A DNA stretch of 64,000 bases, taken from a virus. Position 1 is the first letter of the stretch. Each line of letters begins with the position of its first letter. A model generated the notes under the pieces. It ran no database searches, had not been told where the DNA came from, and worked only from the letters and a program-made list of their open reading frames with translations. Position numbers and translations under genes: made by a program. The stretch lies in IMG/VR virus record IMGVR_UViG_3300037225_000932, positions 109,352-173,351 of that record, one strand, 5' to 3'. Below, piece by piece: positions 1 to 9,574 of the stretch.

Positions 1-1016
1 TCTGTTATTTCTTTTGCTATATCTGGTGGTAATTGCTTTGTGCAATTAAATATTTTATTAAATATAAAGAAGGTTGGAATATTGGTTACAATATTGAAAA
101 AGGCTTTAATAATAGCGGCTTTTGTAATTTCTTTATTGTAATTTAGTAACTTATTTATTTCTTTTTTTCCTATAAGATCAGCAATGTATGTGATATCAAC
201 TGTTAAGTTCTCTATTGCTAATATTTTGGCTTCTAATAATATGTCTTTTATCTTTTTCTCGTTTTTTCTTTTTTCTAATACTTCTGGATCTTTATAGGCA
301 AGATTTTTTAGTATTGTTATATTATTAGTATCAGCAACTGTTTTAATATCGTTCCAAGTTTCAAAGTGTTGTTCTTCTTCTGGATATTTTCCTTCTGGTA
401 ATGGTAAACTTATAACTTCTCTAATATATTTTGCATTTAATAATAAATATGTTGTGTATTCATCATTTTGTGCAGAATTGTTTATAAAAGATATGATTTT
501 GTCTATTTTTTCCAAATCACTAATATTTTTATTATCAATTAGGTTAGAAATTGTATTTGTTAAGTGAAATTCATTGTATGTGCCTTTTACTCCAAGCAAT
601 ACGTCTTTAACTTCTGTTAACATATATAGAGGAATTTGTAAAACTAAAATGATAGGTAATGATTTTAATTGACTAGCACTTCGATTAGCATAGTAGTTGG
701 CATATGAAGAACTTGTGGTATAAAAAATTTGGTCTAAACCTTGACTTCTTTCTTCTCTTATACCACTATCCATTCTTGGATGCCCTTTTGTTCCAGTAGC
801 ACTAATTATATATCCATTTGATAGAATTTTATCATAAAGAGATTGACAGGTGCCATGAAATAAAGTCATTTTAACATCAAGGCTTTTTATGTAATTGTAA
901 AATCTTATACCTGATTTTTTACGTTCTACATTAGTATATTTTCCCTGACCAGGATTTTTTATGTATCTTTGGGGTTTCGCTATAGGAAAATCAGCTATTT
1001 TAGTATACCAATTCAT
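1..1016 (-). CDS. ADP-ribosyltransferase (PARP/ART-fold)-like protein, runs off the window edge
   Basis: Manual translation from ATG 1016: MNWYTKIAD...MTLFHGTCQSLYDKILSNG...QIFYTTSSSYANYYA...NDEY. The HGT / FYT / YA pattern fits the H-Y-E ART fold. Absent from the ORF track because there is no stop in the window. Confidence 0.55.
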   Translation of the reverse strand, partial: MNWYTKIADFPIAKPQRYIKNPGQGKYTNVERKKSGIRFYNYIKSLDVKMTLFHGTCQSLYDKILSNGYIISATGTKGHPRMDSGIREERSQGLDQIFYTTSSSYANYYANRSASQLKSLPIILVLQIPLYMLTEVKDVLLGVKGTYNEFHLTNTISNLIDNKNISDLEKIDKIISFINNSAQNDEYTTYLLLNAKYIREVISLPLPEGKYPEEEQHFETWNDIKTVADTNNITILKNLAYKDPEVLEKRKNEKKIKDILLEAKILAIENLTVDITYIADLIGKKEINKLLNYNKEITKAAIIKAFFNIVTNIPTFFIFNKIFNCTKQLPPDIAKEIT

Positions 1017-1505
1017 TTACATGTATATTCCAAAAATACTAGCTAAATTTCCATTAAGATAGAATATCGGACTAGCAACAAATTTTGCACTATACACACT
1101 TCCGTCTTTTTTGTAATTTTCAACTATGCCTATATATAACTTTCCTTTTCCTATTGTTTCTTTTAACTTTTTTGAATTGTTGATATCGTTATTTTTATGT
1201 CCTAATATTCTTACCTCCTGTCCAAGTAATTCTTCAGATGAATATCCTGACATATCACATAATGCTTTATTTGCGAAAATTATTTTGGGATCATCTAAAT
1301 CTGCTGATGTTATTACTATAGCATTTTCTGATTTCTCCATTTCTTGCTTGAGAAATTTTAAATAACTTGAAAATGCTTGAAAATTCAAAAATAAATTATT
1401 ACTATATTCTTTATTATTTTCTTTTGAAAATAATTTCTTTAGTGTGTCCAATATCATAATACTTTTTCTCCATTTTTTAATAAAGCGATTTGCCAAAATG
1501 TTCAT
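1017..1505 (-). CDS. PAS (LOV-like) domain protein; real start may be 1457
   Basis: IIFANKALCDMSGYSSEELLGQEVRIL and ENYKKDGS are PAS/PAC signatures; the LOV cysteine is absent. Confidence 0.75.
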   Translation of the reverse strand: MNILANRFIKKWRKSIMILDTLKKLFSKENNKEYSNNLFLNFQAFSSYLKFLKQEMEKSENAIVITSADLDDPKIIFANKALCDMSGYSSEELLGQEVRILGHKNNDINNSKKLKETIGKGKLYIGIVENYKKDGSVYSAKFVASPIFYLNGNLASIFGIYM

Positions 1506-1713
1506 CTAAAATTTTTTCTAAAACTGATAAGATTAGTTGCTTGCTTGCTTTTTGAGATAATAACTTTTTTTTACCATTTACTTCTATATCTGCTGGAACA
1601 CTTAAATCTTCTCCTGGCTTCTGAAATGTCCCTAATAATCTTATTTTTATATCCGTCACACTTGTTGGTCCCGCTTTTTTAATTAATGACTTTAATGAGA
1701 AAATTTCTTTCAT
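1477..1713 (-). CDS. hypothetical protein
   Basis: ORF with AAGG RBS. Confidence 0.55.
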   Translation of the reverse strand: MKEIFSLKSLIKKAGPTSVTDIKIRLLGTFQKPGEDLSVPADIEVNGKKKLLSQKASKQLILSVLEKILDEHFGKSLY

Positions 1714-1890
1714 TACCTTTTACTCCAGTTATATCCTTTTATTATTTAACTATTTTGATGTTAATCCTTCTGCTTAGAATAAATATATTCCTATATTTTT
1801 TGTAATGGAAAAGCTTATAAGGTACCTCTTTTTAAGAAAAAATTTTATTATGATAGAAAAAGTTTATAAGGTATCCCTTTTCTGTCGATA

Positions 1891-2448
1891 ATGTCTGATA
1901 TGAGCTTAATAACTGATTTTTATATAAATAACGGAGAAGATAATAAAGGACGGACTTTGAAGTCTATACTTGAAAAAAGTGATATTTATTTAGAAACATC
2001 ACACGATATAATTCAATGGTTATTTCCTTTACACGAAAAATCATACCATTCTATAAATAGCCCAGTTTTAACTAAAGAAGATGTGGAAATCCTTCAATCT
2101 TCTTTAATAGCAAAAGAAAATATGATATTATCACTTAGAAGATTTTGTAAATTTCTTGGTTTACTTCCTTATGACCAAAATAAAATAAGAGTATGGTGTA
2201 ATAATGGAAATCATAATCTTCTTCGTATTACTCGTATAATTAGAAGTTTGAGGTTATTTGGAATAAATGATAAAACTATAATCTTTTACGAAGCTATTTC
2301 TAAATTGGCCAAAGAAAAAGGTATCTCAAATAATACTTTAGAATATTGGGAAAAAGCATATTTCGATGATGTTTGGAATTCAATGACAGACAAATTCCTT
2401 GAAGAAAAAGAAATAAAAATATTTTCTGTAGAATATTTTCAAAAATAA
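1891..2448 (+). CDS. opioid growth factor receptor N-terminal (OGFr_N) domain protein
   Basis: LETSHDIIQWLFP and NHNLLRITRIIRSL motifs. Confidence 0.8.
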   Translation: MSDMSLITDFYINNGEDNKGRTLKSILEKSDIYLETSHDIIQWLFPLHEKSYHSINSPVLTKEDVEILQSSLIAKENMILSLRRFCKFLGLLPYDQNKIRVWCNNGNHNLLRITRIIRSLRLFGINDKTIIFYEAISKLAKEKGISNNTLEYWEKAYFDDVWNSMTDKFLEEKEIKIFSVEYFQK

Positions 2449-2595
2449 CTAAAAGATATCTCTTTTTGCGAAAAATTTTATTATGGAGCAAGAAGCCTTT
2501 AGGGTACCCTCTTTTTAAGAAAAAATATATTATAGGGAGAAATGTCTTAGGGTACCTCTTATAAAAGTGATTGTTAAAAATGGTAAAATATAAAA

Positions 2596-3138
2596 ATGAC
2601 TGCTGGAAGAAACATAAAAAGTTTAAGTTCAGATTGGGGAACACCTTTAGAATATATCAATATTGTAAAAAATATATTTAATGGGAAAATATTTTTAGAT
2701 CCCTGTTCAAATAAGTATTCTATCGTAAATGCTAAAGTGAGTTATTCTTTACCATTAAATGATGGATTAAAAGAAAATTGGAATTATCCAACTATCTATG
2801 TAAATCCTCCTTATGGTAGAGATTATGAAAGAAAAACTACTATTAAGGATTGGTTAAATAAATGCACGAAAACACATCTTGAGTATAAATCAGAAATTAT
2901 TGCTTTAATACCGGTTGCCACTAATACTAAACATTGGCAAAATAATATATTTCTGTTTGCTATAAGTATATGCTTTTTAAAAGTGTCTAGATTAAAATTT
3001 CTACAAAATGGTAATCCTAACAATCAAGGTGCCCCAATGTCATGTGCTTTAATATATTGGGGAACTAGTCCTGAAAAATTTGAAGAAAATACTAAAAATG
3101 TTGGTAAGGTTTTTCATATAAATAAAAATATATTATAG
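2596..3138 (+). CDS. phage DNA N6-adenine methyltransferase
   Basis: DWGTP, LDPCS, DGL, YVNPPY, LIP, RLKF motifs. Confidence 0.8.
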   Translation: MTAGRNIKSLSSDWGTPLEYINIVKNIFNGKIFLDPCSNKYSIVNAKVSYSLPLNDGLKENWNYPTIYVNPPYGRDYERKTTIKDWLNKCTKTHLEYKSEIIALIPVATNTKHWQNNIFLFAISICFLKVSRLKFLQNGNPNNQGAPMSCALIYWGTSPEKFEENTKNVGKVFHINKNIL

Positions 3139-3399
3139 GGGAAAATCTCTTTAGGGTACCCCCTTAAACTATAAATCTATAATTAAATTGATATAAAAAG
3201 AGAGGTTGGAGATTAAAAAGGTCTAGGCTACCAGTATAAAGAGCGTTTTTGTATAGATAAGCATGGTAGGCGTATGGGGTGGCACATTACCCTGATTTTT
3301 TTAATAAATATGTAGCGCATATACCCTAGTCGAAATAAAGTGCCCCCATCTCTCTCTTGATAGTGGGAGGTGGAGGACTTATGTATCTTGACTATTTCT

Positions 3400-3537
3400 T
3401 TTTAATTAAAGAGTAAGTGTTAGGAAGTTACATCCCAACCAAGCCTATATCGAGAAGCTCTTACTCACCCCCGGAAGCCCGCGTCCCCCGATCTCAGCGT
3501 ATGTTTCTTCTCATTCTCGGAAGCCCGCGTTTCTCAT
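3400..3537 (-). ncRNA. candidate small RNA A (or leaderless 8-aa peptide) with two GGAAGCCCGCGT repeats
   Basis: Own promoter at 3544-3569; 3' three-way hairpin closed by GAGTAAG/CTTACTC, then a U tract. Confidence 0.45.
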
Positions 3538-3709
3538 ACTCTTTTAGAACTTTATGCTCATTTTCGGGGAAAAACTCGACTATCAAACCTAAGCGTTTGA
3601 TTTTAACCTCTCCGCATCGCTTTGACCGATTATCTCAGTCGCTTCCTTTGAGGAGTTGAGTTTTCTTTTACTCTCATTTAGAACTTATTTGTTCTTTTCA
3701 GGGAAAGTA

Positions 3710-3898
3710 TTACTTGCCTGCCGCCAAGACATTCTTGTCATGAATAGCGCCATAAAGCTCATCCCAAGCTTCATGAAGCGAATTTGCTTCGCCGCAGAAG
3801 ATACCTCCATCGCCATATACATATTTGCTACCTTGTTTGTCGATCCAGAAATTGTTCTCTCTGGCGTAGGATTGAACTTGAGTAAAAGTAAGACGCAT
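3710..3898 (-). CDS. hypothetical protein (paralog of 5111..5305)
   Basis: AGGAG RBS, own promoter; similar to 5111..5305 (G-S-x-Y-V core). Confidence 0.65.
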   Translation of the reverse strand: MRLTFTQVQSYARENNFWIDKQGSKYVYGDGGIFCGEANSLHEAWDELYGAIHDKNVLAAGK

Positions 3899-3956
3899 TT
3901 TTTTATTCTCCTTGGTATTATACCAGAACTTTATGACACTTTTCGGGGGAATTACT

Positions 3957-3987
3957 TTTGCGCAAAAAAATCCCCTTTTGGGGGATT
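3957..3987 (-). terminator. intrinsic terminator whose U tract forms the TTTTGCGCAAAA palindrome (representative of many)
   Basis: TCCCC-TTTT-GGGGA hairpin next to the 3986 stop, followed by a U run. Confidence 0.8.
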
Positions 3988-4336
3988 ATACTGCGATGGC
4001 CAAACCCGCGGCCTGGAGGCGTTCTAAGCGGGGGGGCAGGTGGCAGGGGGCCGCATGGCGGATTGTATCCAAGGATGCCCCAGGATGCTTAGCAATGGTC
4101 GCTAGAATGGCGTTCTTGGTTTTCTGGCTGATGCCGTTCTTGCGGCCGGTAGGAACCTTGATATTGAAATGGCATTCATGCCTGGTGAAAACGGTTTCCA
4201 GGCATTTTGCCACCATCATCTGTCCCATCCTATCGTATTTTCCCCCATTCAGTTTGAGCCTGGTCCAGACCTTTCGGGCATCGAGAAGTTCATCAAGGCA
4301 GGTGTTGATCATCCTGATATCTTTGCTCGTAAGCAT
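3986..4336 (-). CDS. hypothetical protein
   Basis: ORF between a promoter and a terminator. Confidence 0.65.
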   Translation of the reverse strand: MLTSKDIRMINTCLDELLDARKVWTRLKLNGGKYDRMGQMMVAKCLETVFTRHECHFNIKVPTGRKNGISQKTKNAILATIAKHPGASLDTIRHAAPCHLPPRLERLQAAGLAIAV

Positions 4337-4405
4337 CGTTATGCCCTTTTATTGGAGTAATCTTTTAGAACTTATTCTTTTTTATCAGGGCAAAAATAAA
4401 TAGAT

Positions 4406-4565
4406 AAAAAAAAGGAGGCCGACTGAGTTAGTTTAAGGCTAAGGAGTTAGCTAAGCTCGTTGGCGGTTACTACTAGTCGGCCTGCTCGTCCGCTATATCT
4501 CGGCAGAAGTTTTAGGATACGCTACTCAGCGGAGGGTTTCGCGTAAACTTTTACTTCTGTTGCAC
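4406..4565 (-). ncRNA. candidate structured RNA C (pseudoknot family 2)
   Basis: Promoter 4572; stem CAGAAGT/ACTTCTG; loop TCCGCT pairs with downstream AGCGGA; terminator stem AGGCCGACT/AGTCGGCCT plus U run; no meaningful ORF. Confidence 0.65.
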
Positions 4566-4612
4566 ATTCATTTAGAACTTTATTGAGATTTTCGGGGCAT
4601 TTATTTTTGCGC

Positions 4613-4702
4613 AAAAAAAACCCTTGAAGTTGGCATACGTTTTGTGCCATTTCAAGGGGTGAACAATGCTTCCAAGTCTGGAAGCGACAGAAAGCCGCAA
4701 CA
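4613..4702 (-). ncRNA. candidate small RNA D (~90 nt)
   Basis: Promoter 4708; small three-way junction plus a long terminator hairpin CCCTTGAA/TTCAAGGG. Confidence 0.55.
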
Positions 4703-4764
4703 TTTATTTAGAACTTATTTGTTTTTTTCGGGGCATTTATTTTTGCGCAAAAGAAAGAGGGGAT

Positions 4765-4965
4765 TTAACCCTCATCCATATCAGCTTCCCAATTGTCTAG
4801 GGAATGATCGTCATCATCCCCGTCGTCGATAGTATCTTCAATAAAATCCTCTAAAATTTCGTAATCTTCGTAATCCTCATCTTCGAGATTTGGCCCATCG
4901 TAGAGCGGGGCGACATTATCGCAACCTTGGCAGTCGGGATTTTCGCAATGATCGCAGGGGTGCAT
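4765..4965 (-). CDS. very acidic small protein with N-terminal Cys cluster (possible nucleic-acid mimic)
   Basis: CDHC..CQGC followed by an Asp/Glu-rich tail; RBS present. Confidence 0.6.
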   Translation of the reverse strand: MHPCDHCENPDCQGCDNVAPLYDGPNLEDEDYEDYEILEDFIEDTIDDGDDDDHSLDNWEADMDEG

Positions 4966-5696
4966 TTTGCGGTCCTTTTCTTTGACTGAGGATTTAGAAC
5001 TTTATTGAATTTATCAGGGCATTTGTTTTTGCGCAAAAAAAAAAGAGAATTGCCAGGAAACGGATTATCAGTCCGGTCCTAGGTTCTCTTTAATTTATGT
5101 CGTTTTTTTTTCAGGCTTCCACTTCAGCGGGCATTCCAACCAGTTCTAAGATCTCATGGTAAAGGCACTGTAAGTCATCGCAGAGACAAAGCTCGGTTCC
5201 CTCTTCTGAGAGCAAAACGTAACTGGACCCTTCCCGTAAAATGCTCATGTCATTGTTGGCGGCCAGGTGTTTCAGGTAGGAAAGGGTAATCAGCATGGCA
5301 TTCATCCTTGTTTGTTGACAAGGGTTTAGAACTTTATAGATTTAATCAGGGAAAAGATAGCCATGTCGCCGGTCGATATTCCCAGCCTCATGAGCGGCCA
5401 TCAAAAGAGCAGCATCGACATCTTCAGGTTGAGAAATTAACGCTTTTATCCAAACTAACTGAGAAACTTTTGTTCGGGGCCAGGGTTGCTCTAAAGAACT
5501 TCGGGTAACATAACAGCTAGTAAATAACTTGCCTTTGTCATTAACAAACTGAATCTCAATGCGAAAAGCGTTATTTTCATGAACTTGACGGGTAATCATG
5601 ATATTTCCTCTCTTCTGAGGATTTAGAACTTTATAGATTTAATCGGGGAAAAATATACCTGATATTTCTATTTAATATGTAAATTGTTTTTTGCGC

Positions 5697-5852
5697 AAAA
5701 AAGAGACTTTAGGGAACAAGTCCCTAAAAGTCTCTGTATTCAAGTTTGATTAAACTTTCCTACTTCAACGCGATTACACTCCATAGGATCGTTTACTTGA
5801 ATACTGGCGAGCATAGTCAGACGCAGTTCGTCACCAGTCCGTCCATGTTTAC
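5697..5852 (-). ncRNA. candidate structured RNA E
   Basis: Promoter 5859; hairpins ACTGGTGA/TCGCCAGT and TATTCAAGT/ACTTGAATA; terminator AGAGACTTT(T)AGGGA. Confidence 0.6.
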
Positions 5853-5891
5853 TTTCTTTTAGAACTTTATTCTCTTTTTTCAGGGCGAAAA

Positions 5892-6053
5892 TTATTCATC
5901 GCCCATATTTCGCAGTTCTTTCTTATTTTGTTTTCGATCCTTACGGGCATCGGGCTTGCCTCCCCAAGTTGTTGACCGAACGAACTGCCCTTCTTTTCGG
6001 GCTTCAATGACCGCGAGCATGACAGGGCTTCGATATTTCTGGTTGCGTTTCAT
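5892..6053 (-). CDS. basic leaderless small protein (53 aa; not in ORF track)
   Basis: MKRNQKYRSPVML...; ATG 6 nt after the -10 box. Confidence 0.7.
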   Translation of the reverse strand: MKRNQKYRSPVMLAVIEARKEGQFVRSTTWGGKPDARKDRKQNKKELRNMGDE

Positions 6054-6330
6054 GATGATTTAGAACTTATTAGGAGAAATTCAGGGAATTCCTCTATTTT
6101 TAGGATAAAGCCTTTTCGATGGCTTTCCTTCCCTTCTCAGTCACAATGTATCCATGTTGATTGATGAGAAAATTCTCAGAAAGATTAAGAAAGCCATTAG
6201 CGAGCATGTCTTGGAAGAGTTGAGACCCTAATCGGTAAGAAGGATCGGCGATAAAAGCACTCAATTCTTCTGCTTCATATTCCGTTATGTCGTTTCTGGT
6301 GTTCTTCATGATGATTTAGAACTTATTAGA

Positions 6331-6951
6331 TTATTTCAGGGTAATTTCGACCGTTACGAAACCGACATTATCTCCAAGACTACCATCGCTATCATTCCCT
6401 CTTAGTTCTAAAAGACCATCCTTTTCGACTGTCAAAAGATATTCCTTGCCGATTACAAAATGTTCTCCACCGGCAACCCTTCCAATTAAAGGAAAACCAT
6501 CTGGCCCAGTCATTTTATCAGGACCGGCTGAAGACCATCTCCCAGTAGCTGAAAAATGAAGTTTTTGCCCTTTTCGTACCAGTCCGACCTTTTGCCATGC
6601 CTTATTCGCCTCTACTCTAAAAGTTATATGTCTGTTTGGCCCGTCATCCAAAAGAGAGATTTCTATCTCAAGTTGCTGTTTAAGAGTTGAGAGTTTTGTT
6701 ATCTCAGTTGTATCTGCCGTTTTGGCAGCTTCAGTAATACCAGCATCTATAGCAATCAAGAGTTGTCGTTTAGCAGCGAGACAACTTTGCCGGTAGGCTT
6801 TCTCTGCCGCGTCGATGGCTTTCTGGGCCGTTTGGAGAGAAGCCTTGATTCTGGAGGACTTCGGGGCGTCCGATGCGTCTGGGGTAATCGTAGAGGCACT
6901 GGAGACAACTGCGAAAACGAGCAAAATTGCGAGTAAAATGGAAGTGCGCAT
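6331..6951 (-). CDS. secreted protein with coiled coil and LecA/PA-IL-like lectin domain
   Basis: Signal peptide; VEANKAWQ, ATGRW, LIGRV, NDSDGSLGDNVG motifs. Confidence 0.6.
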   Translation of the reverse strand: MRTSILLAILLVFAVVSSASTITPDASDAPKSSRIKASLQTAQKAIDAAEKAYRQSCLAAKRQLLIAIDAGITEAAKTADTTEITKLSTLKQQLEIEISLLDDGPNRHITFRVEANKAWQKVGLVRKGQKLHFSATGRWSSAGPDKMTGPDGFPLIGRVAGGEHFVIGKEYLLTVEKDGLLELRGNDSDGSLGDNVGFVTVEITLK

Positions 6952-7682
6952 AGATAAACTCCTTAGTATAAGACAGGAGTTTAGAACTTTATAGTCAAAA
7001 ATCAGGGCAAAAAAAAGAAAAAAGGGGATAACCGACTATAAGCCGGTTGGAAATCACTCACAGGGAACAGAGACCTTACCCTCTGTTGAATGATACCAAC
7101 GGGCCGCAAAGATACGCATAGCGAGCATTAAAGATCCTTCCCCATATTTCTCTTCAATTTCCTTCTGAATTGCCTTATAGTCGCCATTACTGGCGGCGAA
7201 ATGACGCCCAATGAGATTATTGATATCCCACGCTTCTCGATAGGTAATCATTGAACGACGAGCAGAGCCAGGAAAACGTTGCCGGGGATTTTCTCCCGTA
7301 TCCGAGCCGGCGGGGTCCGTAATTTTTCTTGTATCTATAAACATAGCTCGTTTTCCTTTCAAGAAATTAGAACTTTATTTGATTTATCAGGGTATTTATT
7401 TTTTGCGCAAAAAAAATCGCTTTTTAAGCGATTGCGATAGCCATAGCGATTTTTCCAAGTTCTGTGACGAATGGGACTTGGAATGGAACTTGACCATTAA
7501 AGCCAATGTAGTCCCTCGCCGCGAAGAAGTTAGTCATCGAACTACTCAAAATATACTTAGGATTTTTCAGAAGCTCCTTTAGTTCGCTGGCCTCACAACT
7601 CGTTAAATCTTCGCGGCTGTTTTGATTTTCTGTCATACTTTTTTAGAACTTTATTCGATTTATCAGGGAGTTTATTTTTGCA

Positions 7683-7856
7683 CAAAAAAAACCCGCCGTC
7701 AGGTTCGCATCCTGAGCCAGGCGGGACACCGGACTCTCAATAGTTTCGGAAGGGCGTGTTGCCGGTAAACAACCGTTCCTACTGCCTTGACATTCTTGGC
7801 GGAAGACCCTTACGATAAAAGGCAGACTCTCGCGGGTTGGCCTCTTCCGTGCTTTC
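7683..7856 (-). ncRNA. candidate structured RNA F (pseudoknot family 2)
   Basis: Promoter 7863; stem CGGAAGA/TCTTCCG; loop CTGCCTT pairs with AAGGCAG; terminator CCCGCC/GGCGGG plus U run. Confidence 0.65.
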
Positions 7857-7902
7857 AATCCTTTAGAACTTTTTTGTAGATTTCGGGGAGATTATTTTTT
7901 GC

Positions 7903-8132
7903 GCAAAAAAAACCCCGCAAAACAGCGGGGCCTTTTCATAATTTCCCAATGAATCAGAATATTAAACCCGGAATGTATTTTTGTTTGGGGGGGGAACTAC
8001 GGCCAATCCATGCCTTGCTCCTTTTATATTCATTCTACAGTTAGCCTTTTCTTTTCAATTAGCTTTCTTCTGAAATGGGGGGTTTTAGTTCTTAATAGGG
8101 CACCTCACTTTCATTACATTATCTATATTACT
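7903..8132 (-). ncRNA. candidate non-coding transcript G (or decayed gene)
   Basis: Promoter 8138 and terminator CCCCGC/GCGGGG with no convincing ORF between; C6 and C8 tracts. Confidence 0.35.
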
Positions 8133-8671
8133 CTTGTTTAGAACTTATTGAGTTTTTTCAGGGAGATTTCGCTTCTTTTCTTCCGACTCCAGAAATGCGA
8201 CAACGAAAGCCTCATTTGCTAGATTATGACGGAAACCATTTGGCATAACAACTACAATTACGCCATTAGCTTCCGGAAAACAAGGCACTGGCTTACCCGT
8301 TTTGCGGGCAATCTTAAAGGCGTGATCTTCATTTGTGAATTCCATGATATTTTAGAACTTTATTAAAATTATCAGGGACGAATTTAATTACAATCTAGAT
8401 GCCTCTTCTTTAGTAATCCCCATATCCGCCGTGATCCTGCGAAACAAATTACAAACAGTAACAAGGAAAGAAGTATTATCACCAGCCACCAAACGAACCT
8501 CGACCGTGCCCTTATGATGAACGGACAAAACCTCAACTAATACCCACAACACTCCAAGGTTATATCCAACCTCCAAGAAGTAATGTCCACCAGGGATAAC
8601 CCTAGTTTGATGAATGTAATTGACCATTTTTGTTCCTTTTTCGTTATTCGTTTAGAACTTTATTAAAATTA

Positions 8672-8767
8672 TCAGGGGAAACGAAATCCCCAATAATATG
8701 CCAATAAAGCCATAAGAGAAAAAACGAGAGCAAGAAGAATGAATTGACGAGAAATGTAAGTCCTCAT
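8672..8767 (-). CDS. leaderless 31-aa membrane peptide (not in ORF track)
   Basis: MRTYISRQFILLALVFSLMALLAYYWGFRFP; ATG 7 nt after the -10 box. Confidence 0.6.
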   Translation of the reverse strand: MRTYISRQFILLALVFSLMALLAYYWGFRFP

Positions 8768-8814
8768 AGAGAGTGTAGAACTTTATGAAAAAAATCAGGG
8801 AGATTATTTTTGCG

Positions 8815-8960
8815 CAAAAAAAATAAAGAAGAGACATCAACTGTCTCTTCTTTATAAGAAAAAGACTTTTTATCTAAATACCGGGCAAACGATAAATGAT
8901 AAAAGTTTTGCCCAGTCAGGAGGCTGGAATACTTCCAGGTCTGACTGCCTTTTTCTTTAC
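8815..8960 (-). ncRNA. candidate structured RNA H (multibranch, pseudoknot)
   Basis: Promoter 8967; closing stem AAGAAAAAG/CTTTTTCTT; hairpins CAGTCAG/CTGACTG and GGGCAAA/TTTGCCC; terminator. Confidence 0.65.
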
Positions 8961-9076
8961 AATCGTTTAGAACTTTATTTATTTTATCAGGGAGAATAAT
9001 TTTGGCCAATAAAATACTCTCCCTTGCTATCAGGAGAGTATCTTCTCTTTTCTTTAGTTTTCCTCAGTTTTGCTTC

Positions 9077-9574
9077 TTAGTCAGCGTTGAAAATCTCTTC
9101 GCCCTGGGCCAGCGTGCCGGCCAGGTCGGCTTCCGTAGCATCAGAGACGCCCGCGTCCGCTTCCGTCATCGCCGGGCTCGGAGCCGGAGCGATAGTCGGG
9201 GCCAAAGGCTCGACCGTTCCGACATTCGCAGTCGCCGGAGCAGTCGCCGGAGTCTCCGTCTTGGGCTTGGGGATAGGCTTGGCGTTCAGCATCGAAGCTA
9301 AGGCGGTGAGCTCTTCAGTGCTGAGAGCGAGGGTGGCCAGCTTAGCCTTGACGTTCGCCTGGGTCTCGGCAGCCTTGAACTGGGGCAGATCGGCCGTGCC
9401 GTTCAGAATGCCGACTTCGCGGCAAATCCAGGTAACGCCGGCTTCTGCCATCTTCGCCATATCGGCGATGATGCCGCCGGCCTTATCCTTATCATCGACG
9501 ATACCCTGGAAAGTCTCGATATCCCGATGCCCGCGACCAACCGAAATCTTGCTCTGCGTAAAAATCCCAAACAT
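9077..9574 (-). CDS. GRG-motif paralog family member 1
   Basis: VGRGHRDIETFQGIV core, A/T/P/E-rich tail, leader AGGAAAGGATACGAAAATG. Confidence 0.75.
   Translation of the reverse strand: MFGIFTQSKISVGRGHRDIETFQGIVDDKDKAGGIIADMAKMAEAGVTWICREVGILNGTADLPQFKAAETQANVKAKLATLALSTEELTALASMLNAKPIPKPKTETPATAPATANVGTVEPLAPTIAPAPSPAMTEADAGVSDATEADLAGTLAQGEEIFNAD

Larger units (their letters stand above)
1810..3165 (+). repeat. dispersed ~50-bp repeat AAAAATWTTATTAT..N..TTAGGGTACCCT
   Basis: GGTACC-type cores at 1821, 1870, 2503, 2551 and 3155; AAAAATWTTATTAT at 1837, 2471, 2521 and 3124. Confidence 0.75.

Noticed and set aside
4518-4545. Hammerhead ribozyme (GAAA..CUGAGUA within a stem)
   Set aside because: The core deviates from CUGANGA, there is no stem III/NUH partner, and the homolog at 7.8 kb lacks it.
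7849-7860. crRNA 5' tag (ATTGAAAG) / RNA anti-CRISPR
   Set aside because: The predicted TSS falls inside the motif and no CRISPR repeat hairpin accompanies it.
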